Shown: positions 29,878 to 41,258 of the stretch, one piece after another
Layout of the letters: the number at the start of each line of letters is the position of its first letter
Position numbering within the stretch: the stretch's first letter is position 1
NCBI GenBank assembly: GCA_000004985.1
Contig: GG738852.1
Source of the DNA: Naegleria gruberi
Lineage: Eukaryota
Direction: 5' to 3' (one strand)
DNA length: 64,000 bases
The notes under the pieces: generated by a model
Seen by the model: only the letters and a program-made list of their open reading frames with translations
The model's database searches: none
Told to the model about the DNA's origin: nothing
Program-made: the position numbers and the translations under genes

Positions 29878-31029
29878 ATGCCTTCCCTTCATGATGAAAC
29901 AAAGAGTGAATCACAAGTCATCATTACCGAAGATCAAATTCACAAGTGGACATTTTCCAAACTGTGCACTAAGTTCTCCCAATCAACACTCCCATGGAAT
30001 CCTTTCAATAATCTACTACAAGAGAAAGTTCCCTTCTCAAATTCCTTCAAATCATCCAAGACAATCTATGGCTCTGGTAATTGTTCATCGAGACCAACTG
30101 ATTTTTATCTTCCATTCGATGTAAAAATTTCACTGATTAGTAATTTGATGATTGTTGCAGATAGGGAAAATTTTGCAATCAAGTTTTTTGATTTGAACAC
30201 AAAGGAATCGAAGGCTGTTTACAAGCTTGTTGATCAAAAAGAGAATATGAATGCATTGTGTTTGGAATATTGTCGGTTTACCAACAAGGAATTTCTATAC
30301 GTTAGTTTTGAATCAAAAATTGAAAAGTATAACCTCAAAGAGTTAGTGGAATATTCTATTGTAAACTTTCCAATAATTAGTTTTGGAAGAAAGAAGCAGA
30401 AACCAAATGTTACAACTATACCACCATCAATTAAGGAAATATCACCACTATGGACCCTTACAACTCCTCAATTTCCACTTTGTATGGTCGTTAGGTATGG
30501 AAAATATGAGAATTTATTGTATGTTGCTTCTGCTGGTATACCAATCATTAGTTGTACAACTGGGAAGGTGGTCCAGTATTGTTTAGAGCGCCATGGTGAT
30601 GATAGAAAAGAAAATGTTATTGATTTACCATATGGGATTGATTTGATTGAAGAGGAGGGAAAAGCTTGTAGATTAGCCATTTCAGATAACTCAAAGAAAA
30701 GAGTAGCAATTTTGGAGGAAGATTCAAATTCCAAAGTGTGGAAATTCATCAAATATATTAAGGATGAACAAAATGAGGATGATGGATTCCTAGGAGCTGT
30801 TGGGTTGATACACGACAAGCTTAATGGGCAAATTATATGCTTGGATCAAGAAAGTTGCCGAATCAAAGTTTACAATAAGGACGGAAACAAATTAATCAAG
30901 GTTGTATTCCCACAACAAATTCAAGGACTCAATTTTTCCTTTCAGCCCAGATCATTGGATTTGGATTATCGTACTGGAATTTTATATGTGGCAGATACGT
31001 TTAATCATATCGTGCGATTATTCAAATAA
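29878..31029 (+). CDS. NHL-repeat beta-propeller protein, single exon, 383 aa
   Basis: Repeated NHL-like blades, for example LYVASAGIPIISCTTGKVV, LNGQIICLDQESCRIKVYNKDG and TGILYVADTFNHIVRLF. ATG at 29878. Confidence 0.55.
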   Translation: MPSLHDETKSESQVIITEDQIHKWTFSKLCTKFSQSTLPWNPFNNLLQEKVPFSNSFKSSKTIYGSGNCSSRPTDFYLPFDVKISLISNLMIVADRENFAIKFFDLNTKESKAVYKLVDQKENMNALCLEYCRFTNKEFLYVSFESKIEKYNLKELVEYSIVNFPIISFGRKKQKPNVTTIPPSIKEISPLWTLTTPQFPLCMVVRYGKYENLLYVASAGIPIISCTTGKVVQYCLERHGDDRKENVIDLPYGIDLIEEEGKACRLAISDNSKKRVAILEEDSNSKVWKFIKYIKDEQNEDDGFLGAVGLIHDKLNGQIICLDQESCRIKVYNKDGNKLIKVVFPQQIQGLNFSFQPRSLDLDYRTGILYVADTFNHIVRLFK

Positions 31030-31082
31030 AAACTTTGGAATTATAAGTTTAACATATTGGTGTTTCGTTAATAATGATTTAT

Positions 31083-32351
31083 TTAAACAGATAACCATTC
31101 AAAATCCAAGCTTTCACTACCTCCCATAACAATGGATGGGAAAACAGGTAAATCAATATTTGTGATACTTGTAGATGTTCCCTTGGTTACATTGGTAAAT
31201 GATAGCACTCTCTTATCACAATCTAGTTCCATAATGATTTCATCATTCACAGCAAATGGGAATGAACTTGAAGTATATTTGGTTGGTTCCCATTTGTAAG
31301 AATTTGCTGACATCATGTAACAACCATGACTATCGTATGGACTTACAAAGTCATCGAATATTTCATTCTCAACTCTGTCCTTCAAAGCTACACCTACGCC
31401 CAACCAGAAAGAGAATTTCTGAACCTTGATTTGCCACTTGTATTTTCCAGTTGAAAGTTCAGTCTTGTTGTAACACTTGATATAGGCATATTGACTGGTA
31501 TTACCATCAATTTTAACTTTTTGTGAATTGATTTTGGAGACTGTAAATTCATCATCTCTGAAAAGGAATTCAGTGGTACTATCAAATTCCTTGATACCAT
31601 ACTCTTTGAAACAATCTAATGAATTGCATTTCACCAAACCATATTTCATTTTCTTTTCAATTTCTACCATTTTACTCATAGCTTCCAATCTATTGCTTAA
31701 ATCGTGCAATGTCCAATCAGTGATAAATCTCAACATTGCAACGGTGGAAACTATTACCCCATTGACTTCTGTATTATCGAAAATATACAATATTTGTTCC
31801 GGACTCAACTTGTCAATCAATAATTTTCTAGACTCTTCATTACTATCAATTTCATTAAAGAATCTCTTGATTGAGAAGACTGATCTATTTACAATTTGTC
31901 GATCATAGGTATCTGCATTCTGAGAGATTGCTCTATTATAAATTACAAAAAAGTACTTGATAGCATCGAAAGGTTTCATTTGCTTGATTAAAAACTTGGC
32001 AATCTTCTTTTTAATTGTTTCAAATCCCGAATATTCTACAATGATCATCAATACACCATGAATATCATCACTTGGACAGTTAAATGAATTGTTTTGATAA
32101 TAGTCAAGAATGTATTTCAAATATTCCTCCTTTTCTTTTCCAATTTCAACTACTATATCTTTACTTTTACCAAAACTTTCCATCAAAATGGGAGCATCCT
32201 GCAAAACAGCCTGTCTATTCACCTTGTACTTTTTCTTGCTGGTACTCAATTCAATAGAACAGTCAGATCTTTCAAAGGCCTTCTTACGTGTAAAAGATAG
32301 ACCCTCATTTCCTCCCAATTTATTAAAAGCATTTGTCAACCAACTGAACAT
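31083..32351 (-). CDS. BTB/POZ-BACK protein with a C-terminal SPRY/B30.2-like domain, single exon, 422 aa
   Basis: BTB: DCSIELSTSKKKYKVNRQAVLQDAPILMESF...DIVVEI. C-terminus: GKYKWQIKVQKFSFWLGVGVA...GCYMMSANSYKWE, which is SPRY-like. ATG at 32351. Confidence 0.6.
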   Translation of the reverse strand: MFSWLTNAFNKLGGNEGLSFTRKKAFERSDCSIELSTSKKKYKVNRQAVLQDAPILMESFGKSKDIVVEIGKEKEEYLKYILDYYQNNSFNCPSDDIHGVLMIIVEYSGFETIKKKIAKFLIKQMKPFDAIKYFFVIYNRAISQNADTYDRQIVNRSVFSIKRFFNEIDSNEESRKLLIDKLSPEQILYIFDNTEVNGVIVSTVAMLRFITDWTLHDLSNRLEAMSKMVEIEKKMKYGLVKCNSLDCFKEYGIKEFDSTTEFLFRDDEFTVSKINSQKVKIDGNTSQYAYIKCYNKTELSTGKYKWQIKVQKFSFWLGVGVALKDRVENEIFDDFVSPYDSHGCYMMSANSYKWEPTKYTSSSFPFAVNDEIIMELDCDKRVLSFTNVTKGTSTSITNIDLPVFPSIVMGGSESLDFEWLSV

Positions 32352-33195
32352 TTTTCGGAGGTACTACTAACAGTAACAACTATTTTTGTGATGAAATGTT
32401 CTTCTTGTTCGCGTGATGATGCTTTTTGCACGATCAATTTTTTTTTAAAAATAAATATTGCAATCAAATAGCAAGTTCATGCCAACAACACTTATTGTGT
32501 TTTGTAAAGCAGTTCCTTCATAGAGTGAATATAATAATATTTAAACAAAGTTGTTGCTGTGAATAATTCCAGTATGAATTGTTGAATAAATTAAGTTACT
32601 CACGACTCATTTGACTATTGAAACAAAGGAATGATTAAGTACTCCCTTTTTTTAATATCAAAACAGGTCAGACATGACACACTCTTCACTATCAAAATAA
32701 ACAGTGGAATATCACTAATTTTCCATCTGATGGTCCAATGAGATAACTTTCTTTCTAATAATGACTTCTTTGCATCATAATCTATTCAATCTGAATTTCT
32801 TAGAAAATGTTGATAAATAAGCATTTAACTATAATGTTACAACAGCTTAATAAAAATTGATAAATAGTTTAGTTGCATATTTATAATGACACCAATATAT
32901 TTCAAATTTTGTAATGATTCGAATGAAAGAACTCAAAGTCTCCTGCTTCGTTGATAACATTCTTTTATGGTAACATCTCTCTCCATACAAAACACCTTTC
33001 CTCAATCAAACCCTTTCAAGGATTTTCCACTCCCTCCAAAGTCTCTCCATGATTACGTCCCATCAAAGACCATCAATTATAAAATATTTCATTGCCAACT
33101 CTCTAACTCCTCACTCTCCCTCACTTTTGAATACAAAGTATTGAATCAAACAAGCGTTCTTCAATCCAAACCATTACATCAATGATCATTAAAAA

Positions 33196-34626
33196 ATGTA
33201 CAAACCAAACAATAGCCAACAACCTTTGGGATTTGAGGTTGACAATCAGAGCAAGCTAAGAAACGAAGATGAACAAGAACGAATCAAAACATTTTTAAAT
33301 AATCGTTTGAATGAAAGTTTTGATGGTCATGGATTGTTTAATAGAAATTTTGATACTCCGTCACCATTTACAAGAGAACAACCTCATCATCATCAGGGAA
33401 GTGCATTGACATCCTTGTTGAAGCATCAATTGAAACAATCAACAATGGAGACAAGGCCTACTACAATGAATGAAATTCTAAAGATGGTCATGATGGCAGG
33501 TCCTCTTCCCTCATCCACTCTTGGATTACAACAGCAGAAGGATTCGGTAATGATTGATAAGTTGGGAAGTTATGCTGGCATGATTAATACTCAATCATCA
33601 CACGATCCACAAGTTATTTCAGATTTCAATGATCTGAAATCTAGAAGCCAAGTGTTGGAGAGGGAAATGAAACAAATTACTGAAATGTCATCGAGTCAAG
33701 ATAGATGTTCTCTTAAAGAATCTGTGCTTTCTGTATTGTATCAAATAATAGATGAAGTACTTTCGGATACAACCTCCTCTTTGCCACTCTGTTGGTCAAC
33801 GAGCAATTCTAACAAGGGTGAAAGTGCTGAACAACTCATCAAGACACTCAGTCTTAAATGGAAGAATGACTATCAACAATATTCCTCTAATAATTCCATG
33901 CAACAACATCTTTACCAATATCTTTCCAAACATAGTTTTTTAACGAATCAAGAACTGATAGATTTAATGGTCAATAGCCACAACCTGTTGGATACTGATA
34001 GCAGTATCAAAACATCTGATTCTCAAACCCTGAACAACAGCACATCCCAAAACATTCTCCAAATGGAAACCACCAACATGACAACAGAAGAGGAAATTTA
34101 TTCCCTCTTTCCTTCCGCTGAGGATTTTGATATGGTATTCAAATCGTTGGGAGAGTCTAGCAATGCTCCATTGATTATTTCACTTGATAATTCCATGGAT
34201 GATATTAAGATCACTAGCTCTGCTGGTGACTCAGTTGCCTCCTCAAGGTCGAATAATTCATCTCCACTTGGAACTCCTAATAACATTACTACTGACACAA
34301 TTGCAAACAACAATAGTCCTCCTTCCTTCGAAAATCCTTCCTCCACCAAACAACTAATTGTAAAAAAGACATCTCCAACAAGCTCCAAAACCACCTCCAA
34401 ATCATCCAATGTAGATAAGAATCAACTCTTTGGTTCCTTCCTGTTAAAAACCAGTTCTAGTTTTGATACAACCAAGATTTCAAAGACTAGAAAATCTTCG
34501 AAAAGTGCTCCAGCCCAACTTGTTGATAAACAAAAACTAGAAGTAGATTTTAGTCGAGGTTTTCTCAATTGGAACTGGAAAGAGCAACCAAAACGATCCA
34601 ACCATCACGAACCAGAAATTATGTAA
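33196..34626 (+). CDS. Hypothetical Ser/Thr/Asn/Gln-rich low-complexity protein, 476 aa
   Basis: Long uninterrupted ORF with ATG at 33196. No recognisable domain. It may have additional exons. Confidence 0.4.
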   Translation: MYKPNNSQQPLGFEVDNQSKLRNEDEQERIKTFLNNRLNESFDGHGLFNRNFDTPSPFTREQPHHHQGSALTSLLKHQLKQSTMETRPTTMNEILKMVMMAGPLPSSTLGLQQQKDSVMIDKLGSYAGMINTQSSHDPQVISDFNDLKSRSQVLEREMKQITEMSSSQDRCSLKESVLSVLYQIIDEVLSDTTSSLPLCWSTSNSNKGESAEQLIKTLSLKWKNDYQQYSSNNSMQQHLYQYLSKHSFLTNQELIDLMVNSHNLLDTDSSIKTSDSQTLNNSTSQNILQMETTNMTTEEEIYSLFPSAEDFDMVFKSLGESSNAPLIISLDNSMDDIKITSSAGDSVASSRSNNSSPLGTPNNITTDTIANNNSPPSFENPSSTKQLIVKKTSPTSSKTTSKSSNVDKNQLFGSFLLKTSSSFDTTKISKTRKSSKSAPAQLVDKQKLEVDFSRGFLNWNWKEQPKRSNHHEPEIM

Positions 34627-34902
34627 ATTATTAAATTATTAAATAAATTTAATTTGTTTTACAATGTTATCATTATTATAAAATTATTCAACACATTATT
34701 AATCAAGCTTCAACCAACAAATGTTTCTCCTTCAACAAATATTTTTTGCTCATCTCTTGAAACCTTCTTAGATGAACACCTGACTTCGGTAGTTTATCTT
34801 CCGACACTCCCTTTGTTGCATTAATTGATCATCTTTTTTTACATCGGAATAAAATATTTTATTTTATAATTTTAAAAAAAATTCATTATCCAACAACTAA
34901 CG

Positions 34903-36138
34903 ATGAGTTACGCCAACAGAGAACTTATTAAATCAATTGTTGATTTCTTATCAAAGGAAACCACTGAAGGCACTCAAGTTGCTGCCCAAATGCTCCGTGA
35001 TACATATCAAATTCCTTCCGAAGGAGCTAATACTATTAATTTGGAACAAGTTTGGAGATCAGGTTGCCAACAATTAAATATTGTTGATAATTCTAGTGAT
35101 GAAAAGTTCAAAGCTTTCATGAAGCAATTGGATTCTATGGGATATTTCAAGAATACTACAGCAACCGATACATATGAAATGCGTTATGAAAAGGCTAAAC
35201 ATAAATTCCAAGAAAAGATGAAGGCACACCAACAACAACAAGTAACACCATCCGTCGATGTTGAAAAGGCTGAAAAGGCAAAGGAAGAAGGAAATGAAAA
35301 ATTAAAGAACAAGGACTTTGATGGAGCTGTTGAATGTTACAAGGAAGCTATGAAGTTCAATCCAGAAAATCACATTTATCCAAGTAATATGGCTGCTGCC
35401 TACATTAGTTTGAATCAATATGAAAAGGCATTGAAATGTGCTGAACAATCCATCAAATTGAATGATAAATATGTCAAGGCCTATCAAAGACTTGCTCAAG
35501 CTCAAGCTAAATTGAATAAGAAGAAGGAAGCTATTGCTACCTATGAAAAGCTCATTGAATTGAATCCAGAAGCTGAAGTTGAATATAGAGCCAAGATTGA
35601 ACAACTCTCTGCACCTGCTACTGCTGCCAGTAATCCATTTGCTGGGCTTGGTGGAATGGGTGGAGCTAATCCATTGGGTGGCCTTGGTGGTCTCGGTGGT
35701 CTTGGTGGATTGGGTGACATGTTAAATAATCCACAATTCATGCAAATGGCCATGAATATGATGCAACAACCAGGTATGCAAGAAATGATGGGTAACATGA
35801 TGAGAAATATGGGTGGTGCAGGCGGTCTTGCAAACATGTTTGGTGGTATGGATGGTCAATCAGGTGTGCCAAACTTTGATGAACAACAAAAAGTTGTCAT
35901 GAATCAAATTTTGGAAGATCCAGAAGTTCAACAAAGTGACAAGCTCACTAGAATTTTCACTGCTGCTCGTGATGATCCACAAACTCTCGTGCAACATATG
36001 AGTGATCCAGAAGTTTCTGCTTTTATGCAAAAGTATGCCACTAAAATGTTCGGTGGAAATAATCCATTCTCATCAATGTTTGGAGGTGGTCCAAGAGATG
36101 ATAATGATAAGCATGACGATAGTAATATGTACGCATAA
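34903..36138 (+). CDS. SGTA: Small glutamine-rich TPR-containing protein (SGT/Sgt2 co-chaperone), single exon, 411 aa
   Basis: N-terminal dimerisation region, then three TPRs AEKAKEEGNEKLKNKDFDGAVECYKEAMKFNPENHIYPSNMAAAYISLNQYEKALKCAEQSIKLNDKYVKAYQRLAQAQAKLNKKKEAIATYEKLIELNPE, collinear with human SGTA TPRs. The C-terminus is Gly/Met/Gln-rich (GLGGMGG..GGLGGLGGLGGLG, NPQFMQMAMNMMQQPGMQEMM). Confidence 0.8.
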   Translation: MSYANRELIKSIVDFLSKETTEGTQVAAQMLRDTYQIPSEGANTINLEQVWRSGCQQLNIVDNSSDEKFKAFMKQLDSMGYFKNTTATDTYEMRYEKAKHKFQEKMKAHQQQQVTPSVDVEKAEKAKEEGNEKLKNKDFDGAVECYKEAMKFNPENHIYPSNMAAAYISLNQYEKALKCAEQSIKLNDKYVKAYQRLAQAQAKLNKKKEAIATYEKLIELNPEAEVEYRAKIEQLSAPATAASNPFAGLGGMGGANPLGGLGGLGGLGGLGDMLNNPQFMQMAMNMMQQPGMQEMMGNMMRNMGGAGGLANMFGGMDGQSGVPNFDEQQKVVMNQILEDPEVQQSDKLTRIFTAARDDPQTLVQHMSDPEVSAFMQKYATKMFGGNNPFSSMFGGGPRDDNDKHDDSNMYA

Positions 36139-36230
36139 ATTGATAATAAATTTTGTAATAACAACAAATTAGGAAAATTAGATTTATTTCTTTTTGATTT
36201 CTAAATGTCATTTAAAATTTAGCTCTTTTA

Positions 36231-39200
36231 TTAAGGCTTTTCAGGCTCAACAACGACTTCCTTTTGTGTGAAAATAATTCTTAGTCTAACTTTCAGTGCT
36301 GTATTGGTGCACTTGTCTAGTTCCTTATAGAATGAGGTCAAAAATTGTTGTCGTGAAGGTGGAGAGGTAGAATAGAGAATGTGGAATAAATGTTGGAAAA
36401 AGTAGAGAATTTGTTCTAACATTTCATCTTCAGATATGTCACCATCATTTTGTTTGAATAACGAAGTTGCAACAGTAGAATACTTTCTCTTCTTGGCAAG
36501 AATAATTTCAGGACAAACATCCCATTCAATAGTCAAAAATAAAAGTACTAATTCTTGGAAAGAGGATTCCAAAAGAATCTTCATTTCCTTGTCTTGAGCA
36601 GGACCAGAGTCAGAATTTGTCCACTTGTCACTGTGCAATTTTGGAATGAATGGGGCAAGTAATCTACAGACCATGTAGAATTGTTCCCTTGTCTCCAATT
36701 TAGAGGTTTGTGATTTTCTGGCTTTGGCAAGGAATTTTCTCAAACTAATAAATGATTCGTGACCTGAAGAGTACAGGAATGTCTGCAAGATACACAAGAG
36801 GCATTCAGATGGAGTTTTCACAACTTTTCCCATTTCGTGAGTATTTTCTAAGTCATTTACAAGAAGTGGATGAGGATTAGCATGCAAGAAATGCATGAGA
36901 ATGGCAAAGAGACAATCTGAAACTGATGGGGAGGTAGGAGTTGAGTAATTTGGAAGAGAGGCCAAGAACAAGCCAGTGGTATAGGAGCATTTGAAGAGTT
37001 GGTGTGGTGGACAGACTGATGTGTTCTGGATGAGACAATCCACGAGTTTGGAAATAATTTCTTGGAGAGTTAATGGCAAACACATTACTTCAATAATTCC
37101 AGCATTCAAACGCAATTCGAATGTATTGGAAAATTCATAGAAAATATGTTTTGGATTAATGTAGGTATGATTGGCTCTGGGTTCCTGAATTGTTGGCAAT
37201 ACTTCAGAAATATTGGTAATCAAAGTTAAAAAGTAATGAAGATCAAATGTTTGGTCTATATAGGTCTTTCCTGTCTTTTTGATAAAGTTTGAATCGTCCA
37301 CAGAAATTCCAAAGTGTGATTTGGCAACTGCAGAAAAGCTTGCATCCATATCAGATAACAGATACTTTTCATTCTTGCAAATAATGGTAAAGAGCATTTC
37401 CTTAATTTCAATTGGCAAATCAACATAGTAAAGTAGTAATTCCTTCACAAATGTCATTGGATAATCGTGGTAGGCAAATAATCCACCATACTTATCCAAT
37501 ATTTGACGTAAAAAGTCAAACAAATTCAATTCGCATAAACGTCTACAAATTAAATCAAGTATTGGAATCATTCTCAAGCAAATATTATTGTAATAGGATG
37601 GATTAGCATTCAAAAAATCATCTGTTTTCATTGCACCAAATCCTTCTGGATATTGGGAGTGATACTTGTGGTGAGCAGTGAAATTATCATTTACATCAAA
37701 CAAGTTAGGATTGCGATTAAGATCCAAGAATAAGTCAACTCTCTTGGAAAATTGATTATCAGTAATAATGAGGAGAAGAATATTATGGGCATACTTGTGT
37801 TCGATAGCCTTCTTTTCAGTTGAATCCTCTGTTGGCTTGTTTGATAGATTAGGATCTTCATTTTTAGCTCTATCAATGAGTGCAAGACAAACAGTTTCCA
37901 AAGGTAAAAATTCAAATTCCCAAATCAATTTAGTCAAAGTACTTGAGACTTGCTTAACTTTGACGAATATGGATTCATCTTGATCTCCTGATTCATTCTC
38001 TTCAGATAAAAATTCATCAAGTACATGGTTAATCATCTTGTAAACACTATCCACCAACAATCTTGGAGGAAGTAACATTGGTATCCATTTCTTCCAGAAA
38101 GCAACTTTTTCCTTACTAAATTCTTTCTCAAATACTCTGCTCCAAATAGCGCATAATAAATAATTAGAGTGTGGAATATTCTCAAGGTTTTTCATGGTGC
38201 TAACCTTATCTCGTTTATCCCAAAAGCTATCACAAAGGTTCTCTACCTTTTTGAGAATCTCTTTTGGATCTTCTGGTTTTTTAGGATCGTTTTTCTGTTG
38301 TGCTACTGTTGATGGAGCTTCTGTTTCAGTAATCTTGATATTCTCAAATGATGTTTTAATAAAGTCTGGGTAGAGTCTTGTCTTGGATGTTAGTTTTCCA
38401 AACTCTTCGACTGTTTTTCCACAAACACTCACCAAACGTTGCAATACCTTCTTAGATTTGTCAAGATTAGTTAATTTGATTGGAGACAATTTGAAAACCT
38501 TCATACAAGCACTTATTAAGGTTCTTTTGAAGGTTTCAGAAATTTTCTCTGGAGGTAATTTAGAGGCATTCTTATCGAAAAAGTGTACAACACGTTTAGA
38601 ATCTGTAATCAAGTACAACATGGCCTTGATACAAAAGTTTTCAAGTAATAAATAGAGACGGTGATGGTTATTTTCCAAGGTAGTATTACCAATGGCTAGA
38701 TAAATTTCAATGTACAAGTGGAAGAAAATGTCTCCACCAAAGTATCTCAAATATCTCATCAATCTAAAGTTGATAATTTCCAAAAATACATAATTACAAT
38801 GATTACTACGAGTCTTTCCTTCGAGAAGATCTTTGAAATTATTGACAGCAAATGGCAAACAGTACAGAGTTCTGGAGAGGGTTTCTACAATAGCAGGAGG
38901 AATGTAAGCTTCTGTAAAATTATCTGTTGTTGTTGGTTGAGAGTTGCCACCATCAGTTTTTGGTTGTGGGGGCGTAAGATTTTTCAGGCTATCACACAAG
39001 CTATCAAAGAGTCTGTGTCTGGCATGAACAGACAATACAAGAATCATATTTACACTGAGAGGAACAATTTTTCCTTCAAATGGATAGAACAATTCGATCT
39101 TGCCTGAATCATTAGGAATAGTTTTGATAGATTCGACCAGATCTGGCTTTTTCAAAAAATCAATTAAAAAGTCTGAACTTGGTTTGGTAAAGTATGAGGA

Positions 39201-41258
39201 AAGTAAGAATAATCTCTTCAACCCAATTTCATCGAGATTGTAAAGATTTTTACCGTAGGTATTTCTCCACTCTTCAAATTCCTTAATGTGGGCCTGATCA
39301 TCCTTGTTAAGACGTCTTAGGAGAATGTAAGAATAGTGAGTATTGATCAATTCTTCCTCACTTGGGCGCCACTTAGTATAATTCTTATCTTTCAATTCTT
39401 GTACGAGCTTGATGAATTCTCTTTCGCACAATGGATCATCAAAGAAACGTTTAGCTTCCAATACAGGATGTACTTGGAGGAGGAGCCAAATAATGAAATG
39501 ATCTTTCATATGATCTCCATATAATTCTACGCATTTTCTAATGCTTAACAACTGATAACTTGCTTCAACAGTTGGATCTTTTGAAATGTTAATAAAATTA
39601 CCCTTATGATGGAGAGTGGTTGAATCTGATAATTCATCTTCTCCAAATAATACTATTCTCATATTTAGCATTACTTTACGAGTAATGAAAGCGTACATTT
39701 GATTTGCCAATAAAATCCATTTTCCAATTATTCCCTTAGATACATCAGTAAAGATATTCTCTGCAGCTGGATACATGTCCTTTTCATCGAGTAATTGAAG
39801 AACTCTGAGCACAACAGCTTCATGAAGCATTTCTTTGGTAAAATTTGTTTTACACTTTTCCAATTCTTCTTGATTTTTCTTTTCGGTATTGTATTGAAAT
39901 TTCTTATCCAGAGCAGGAATTACTTCGAATGCATCACAACAAATATGTTGCGAGAGGGCACTGGATAATCTTTGAACTTTTCTAATCCATTCAGTAGAAC
40001 CTCTCTTTGGTGTAAAGAGTCCAAACTTGAAATTGATATCATTCTTAGAAGAGCTTCCATTATATTGCATTGCATGTGAATAGTCACACACAGGAAGATG
40101 TTGCAAAAATACGATTGATCTGGCATTTTCACAACACATGCTAAGCATCTTTCTGAGCTTTTGGGTCTTGACCTTTAAATCTTGAATAATGGAAAGTGGA
40201 AATTGAGTGGCAACATGTTTGGTTGTTAGGGAGTGCACTAAATTCATGAGCTTGTAGAATGGCATCATACTGGCAACTCTATAAACAAGGTCATTTACAA
40301 TATGCTTCAATTCTTCATCTCTTCCATTACAACTTCTATGATTAGTGCTGAGGAACATGATCATGACTCGAAAAACTACAACAAGAGTTTCCAAAATCAA
40401 GTGTTCATCACTTTTTCTAGAGGCTGATTGAGTTGCAAATTTAATACTATAAGTGCAAATACTCTTGAACATGTTGTTGATGAATGAGAGATACCTCTTG
40501 CAAATTTCAATGTCATAGTCAGATTTCACAGTCTTTGGCATTTCTGACATTATTTTCACCAATTCTGTAATGACAAAGTAAGCAGAACAGCTCACAGTTC
40601 CTATACATTCATGAGTTATACAATCATGTAAAAAATCAAATACAGTATCAACTTCATTTGGCTGCACAGTGTTATTAGGATTAAACTCGTAAGGTGAATT
40701 TCTAAATCCATTAACAAAAACATCCTGCATTTCATCATACTCGTAAGAATCCACTTTTTCATTCATTTTGGTAAATGTTGCAATTGATGAAAAATGTCCA
40801 GGTTGTTCCTTGATTGACTTGAAGAAGAGGGAAAGAAATGGTGGTAAAAAGCTTTTAAAGTCCACTTGTTCTTGTCTTAAAAATTCCAAGAGACAAGTAT
40901 TGGCTGTTGGTTTTGTTACGCTATTAGGTCCTAGAAGAAGAGAGGATTTTGGTATTGGTCCAAAAAGTACTTGATCCGGAAAATCAAGAATCAAACCACT
41001 ACTTTTTATCAAGTATATGAGGAAGGGAGAAATAATACTTCTCTTATACGTTGTGGTTACCATTTCATCACCGGGTGTATTCCAATTCGTAGAATATTCA
41101 TCCACAACATCAAGTGATGTAACTCTCAACCTCTTTTGTTCTGATGACTTGATATAATTTGGAAAACCAGTAGAATCATCCTTTCCACCTCCATTATTAT
41201 CATCCGAAAAATTTGAGTGATGACTACCACCATTGGTGAGGGATGATGATGGTAACAT
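36231..41258 (-). CDS. Large (1675-aa) hypothetical protein, single 5-kb exon
   Basis: ATG at 41258, with no stop for 5028 nt. The composition is helical-repeat-like and may be a HEAT/ARM-type scaffold. No family could be assigned by eye. Confidence 0.65.
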   Translation of the reverse strand: MLPSSSLTNGGSHHSNFSDDNNGGGKDDSTGFPNYIKSSEQKRLRVTSLDVVDEYSTNWNTPGDEMVTTTYKRSIISPFLIYLIKSSGLILDFPDQVLFGPIPKSSLLLGPNSVTKPTANTCLLEFLRQEQVDFKSFLPPFLSLFFKSIKEQPGHFSSIATFTKMNEKVDSYEYDEMQDVFVNGFRNSPYEFNPNNTVQPNEVDTVFDFLHDCITHECIGTVSCSAYFVITELVKIMSEMPKTVKSDYDIEICKRYLSFINNMFKSICTYSIKFATQSASRKSDEHLILETLVVVFRVMIMFLSTNHRSCNGRDEELKHIVNDLVYRVASMMPFYKLMNLVHSLTTKHVATQFPLSIIQDLKVKTQKLRKMLSMCCENARSIVFLQHLPVCDYSHAMQYNGSSSKNDINFKFGLFTPKRGSTEWIRKVQRLSSALSQHICCDAFEVIPALDKKFQYNTEKKNQEELEKCKTNFTKEMLHEAVVLRVLQLLDEKDMYPAAENIFTDVSKGIIGKWILLANQMYAFITRKVMLNMRIVLFGEDELSDSTTLHHKGNFINISKDPTVEASYQLLSIRKCVELYGDHMKDHFIIWLLLQVHPVLEAKRFFDDPLCEREFIKLVQELKDKNYTKWRPSEEELINTHYSYILLRRLNKDDQAHIKEFEEWRNTYGKNLYNLDEIGLKRLFLLSSYFTKPSSDFLIDFLKKPDLVESIKTIPNDSGKIELFYPFEGKIVPLSVNMILVLSVHARHRLFDSLCDSLKNLTPPQPKTDGGNSQPTTTDNFTEAYIPPAIVETLSRTLYCLPFAVNNFKDLLEGKTRSNHCNYVFLEIINFRLMRYLRYFGGDIFFHLYIEIYLAIGNTTLENNHHRLYLLLENFCIKAMLYLITDSKRVVHFFDKNASKLPPEKISETFKRTLISACMKVFKLSPIKLTNLDKSKKVLQRLVSVCGKTVEEFGKLTSKTRLYPDFIKTSFENIKITETEAPSTVAQQKNDPKKPEDPKEILKKVENLCDSFWDKRDKVSTMKNLENIPHSNYLLCAIWSRVFEKEFSKEKVAFWKKWIPMLLPPRLLVDSVYKMINHVLDEFLSEENESGDQDESIFVKVKQVSSTLTKLIWEFEFLPLETVCLALIDRAKNEDPNLSNKPTEDSTEKKAIEHKYAHNILLLIITDNQFSKRVDLFLDLNRNPNLFDVNDNFTAHHKYHSQYPEGFGAMKTDDFLNANPSYYNNICLRMIPILDLICRRLCELNLFDFLRQILDKYGGLFAYHDYPMTFVKELLLYYVDLPIEIKEMLFTIICKNEKYLLSDMDASFSAVAKSHFGISVDDSNFIKKTGKTYIDQTFDLHYFLTLITNISEVLPTIQEPRANHTYINPKHIFYEFSNTFELRLNAGIIEVMCLPLTLQEIISKLVDCLIQNTSVCPPHQLFKCSYTTGLFLASLPNYSTPTSPSVSDCLFAILMHFLHANPHPLLVNDLENTHEMGKVVKTPSECLLCILQTFLYSSGHESFISLRKFLAKARKSQTSKLETREQFYMVCRLLAPFIPKLHSDKWTNSDSGPAQDKEMKILLESSFQELVLLFLTIEWDVCPEIILAKKRKYSTVATSLFKQNDGDISEDEMLEQILYFFQHLFHILYSTSPPSRQQFLTSFYKELDKCTNTALKVRLRIIFTQKEVVVEPEKP

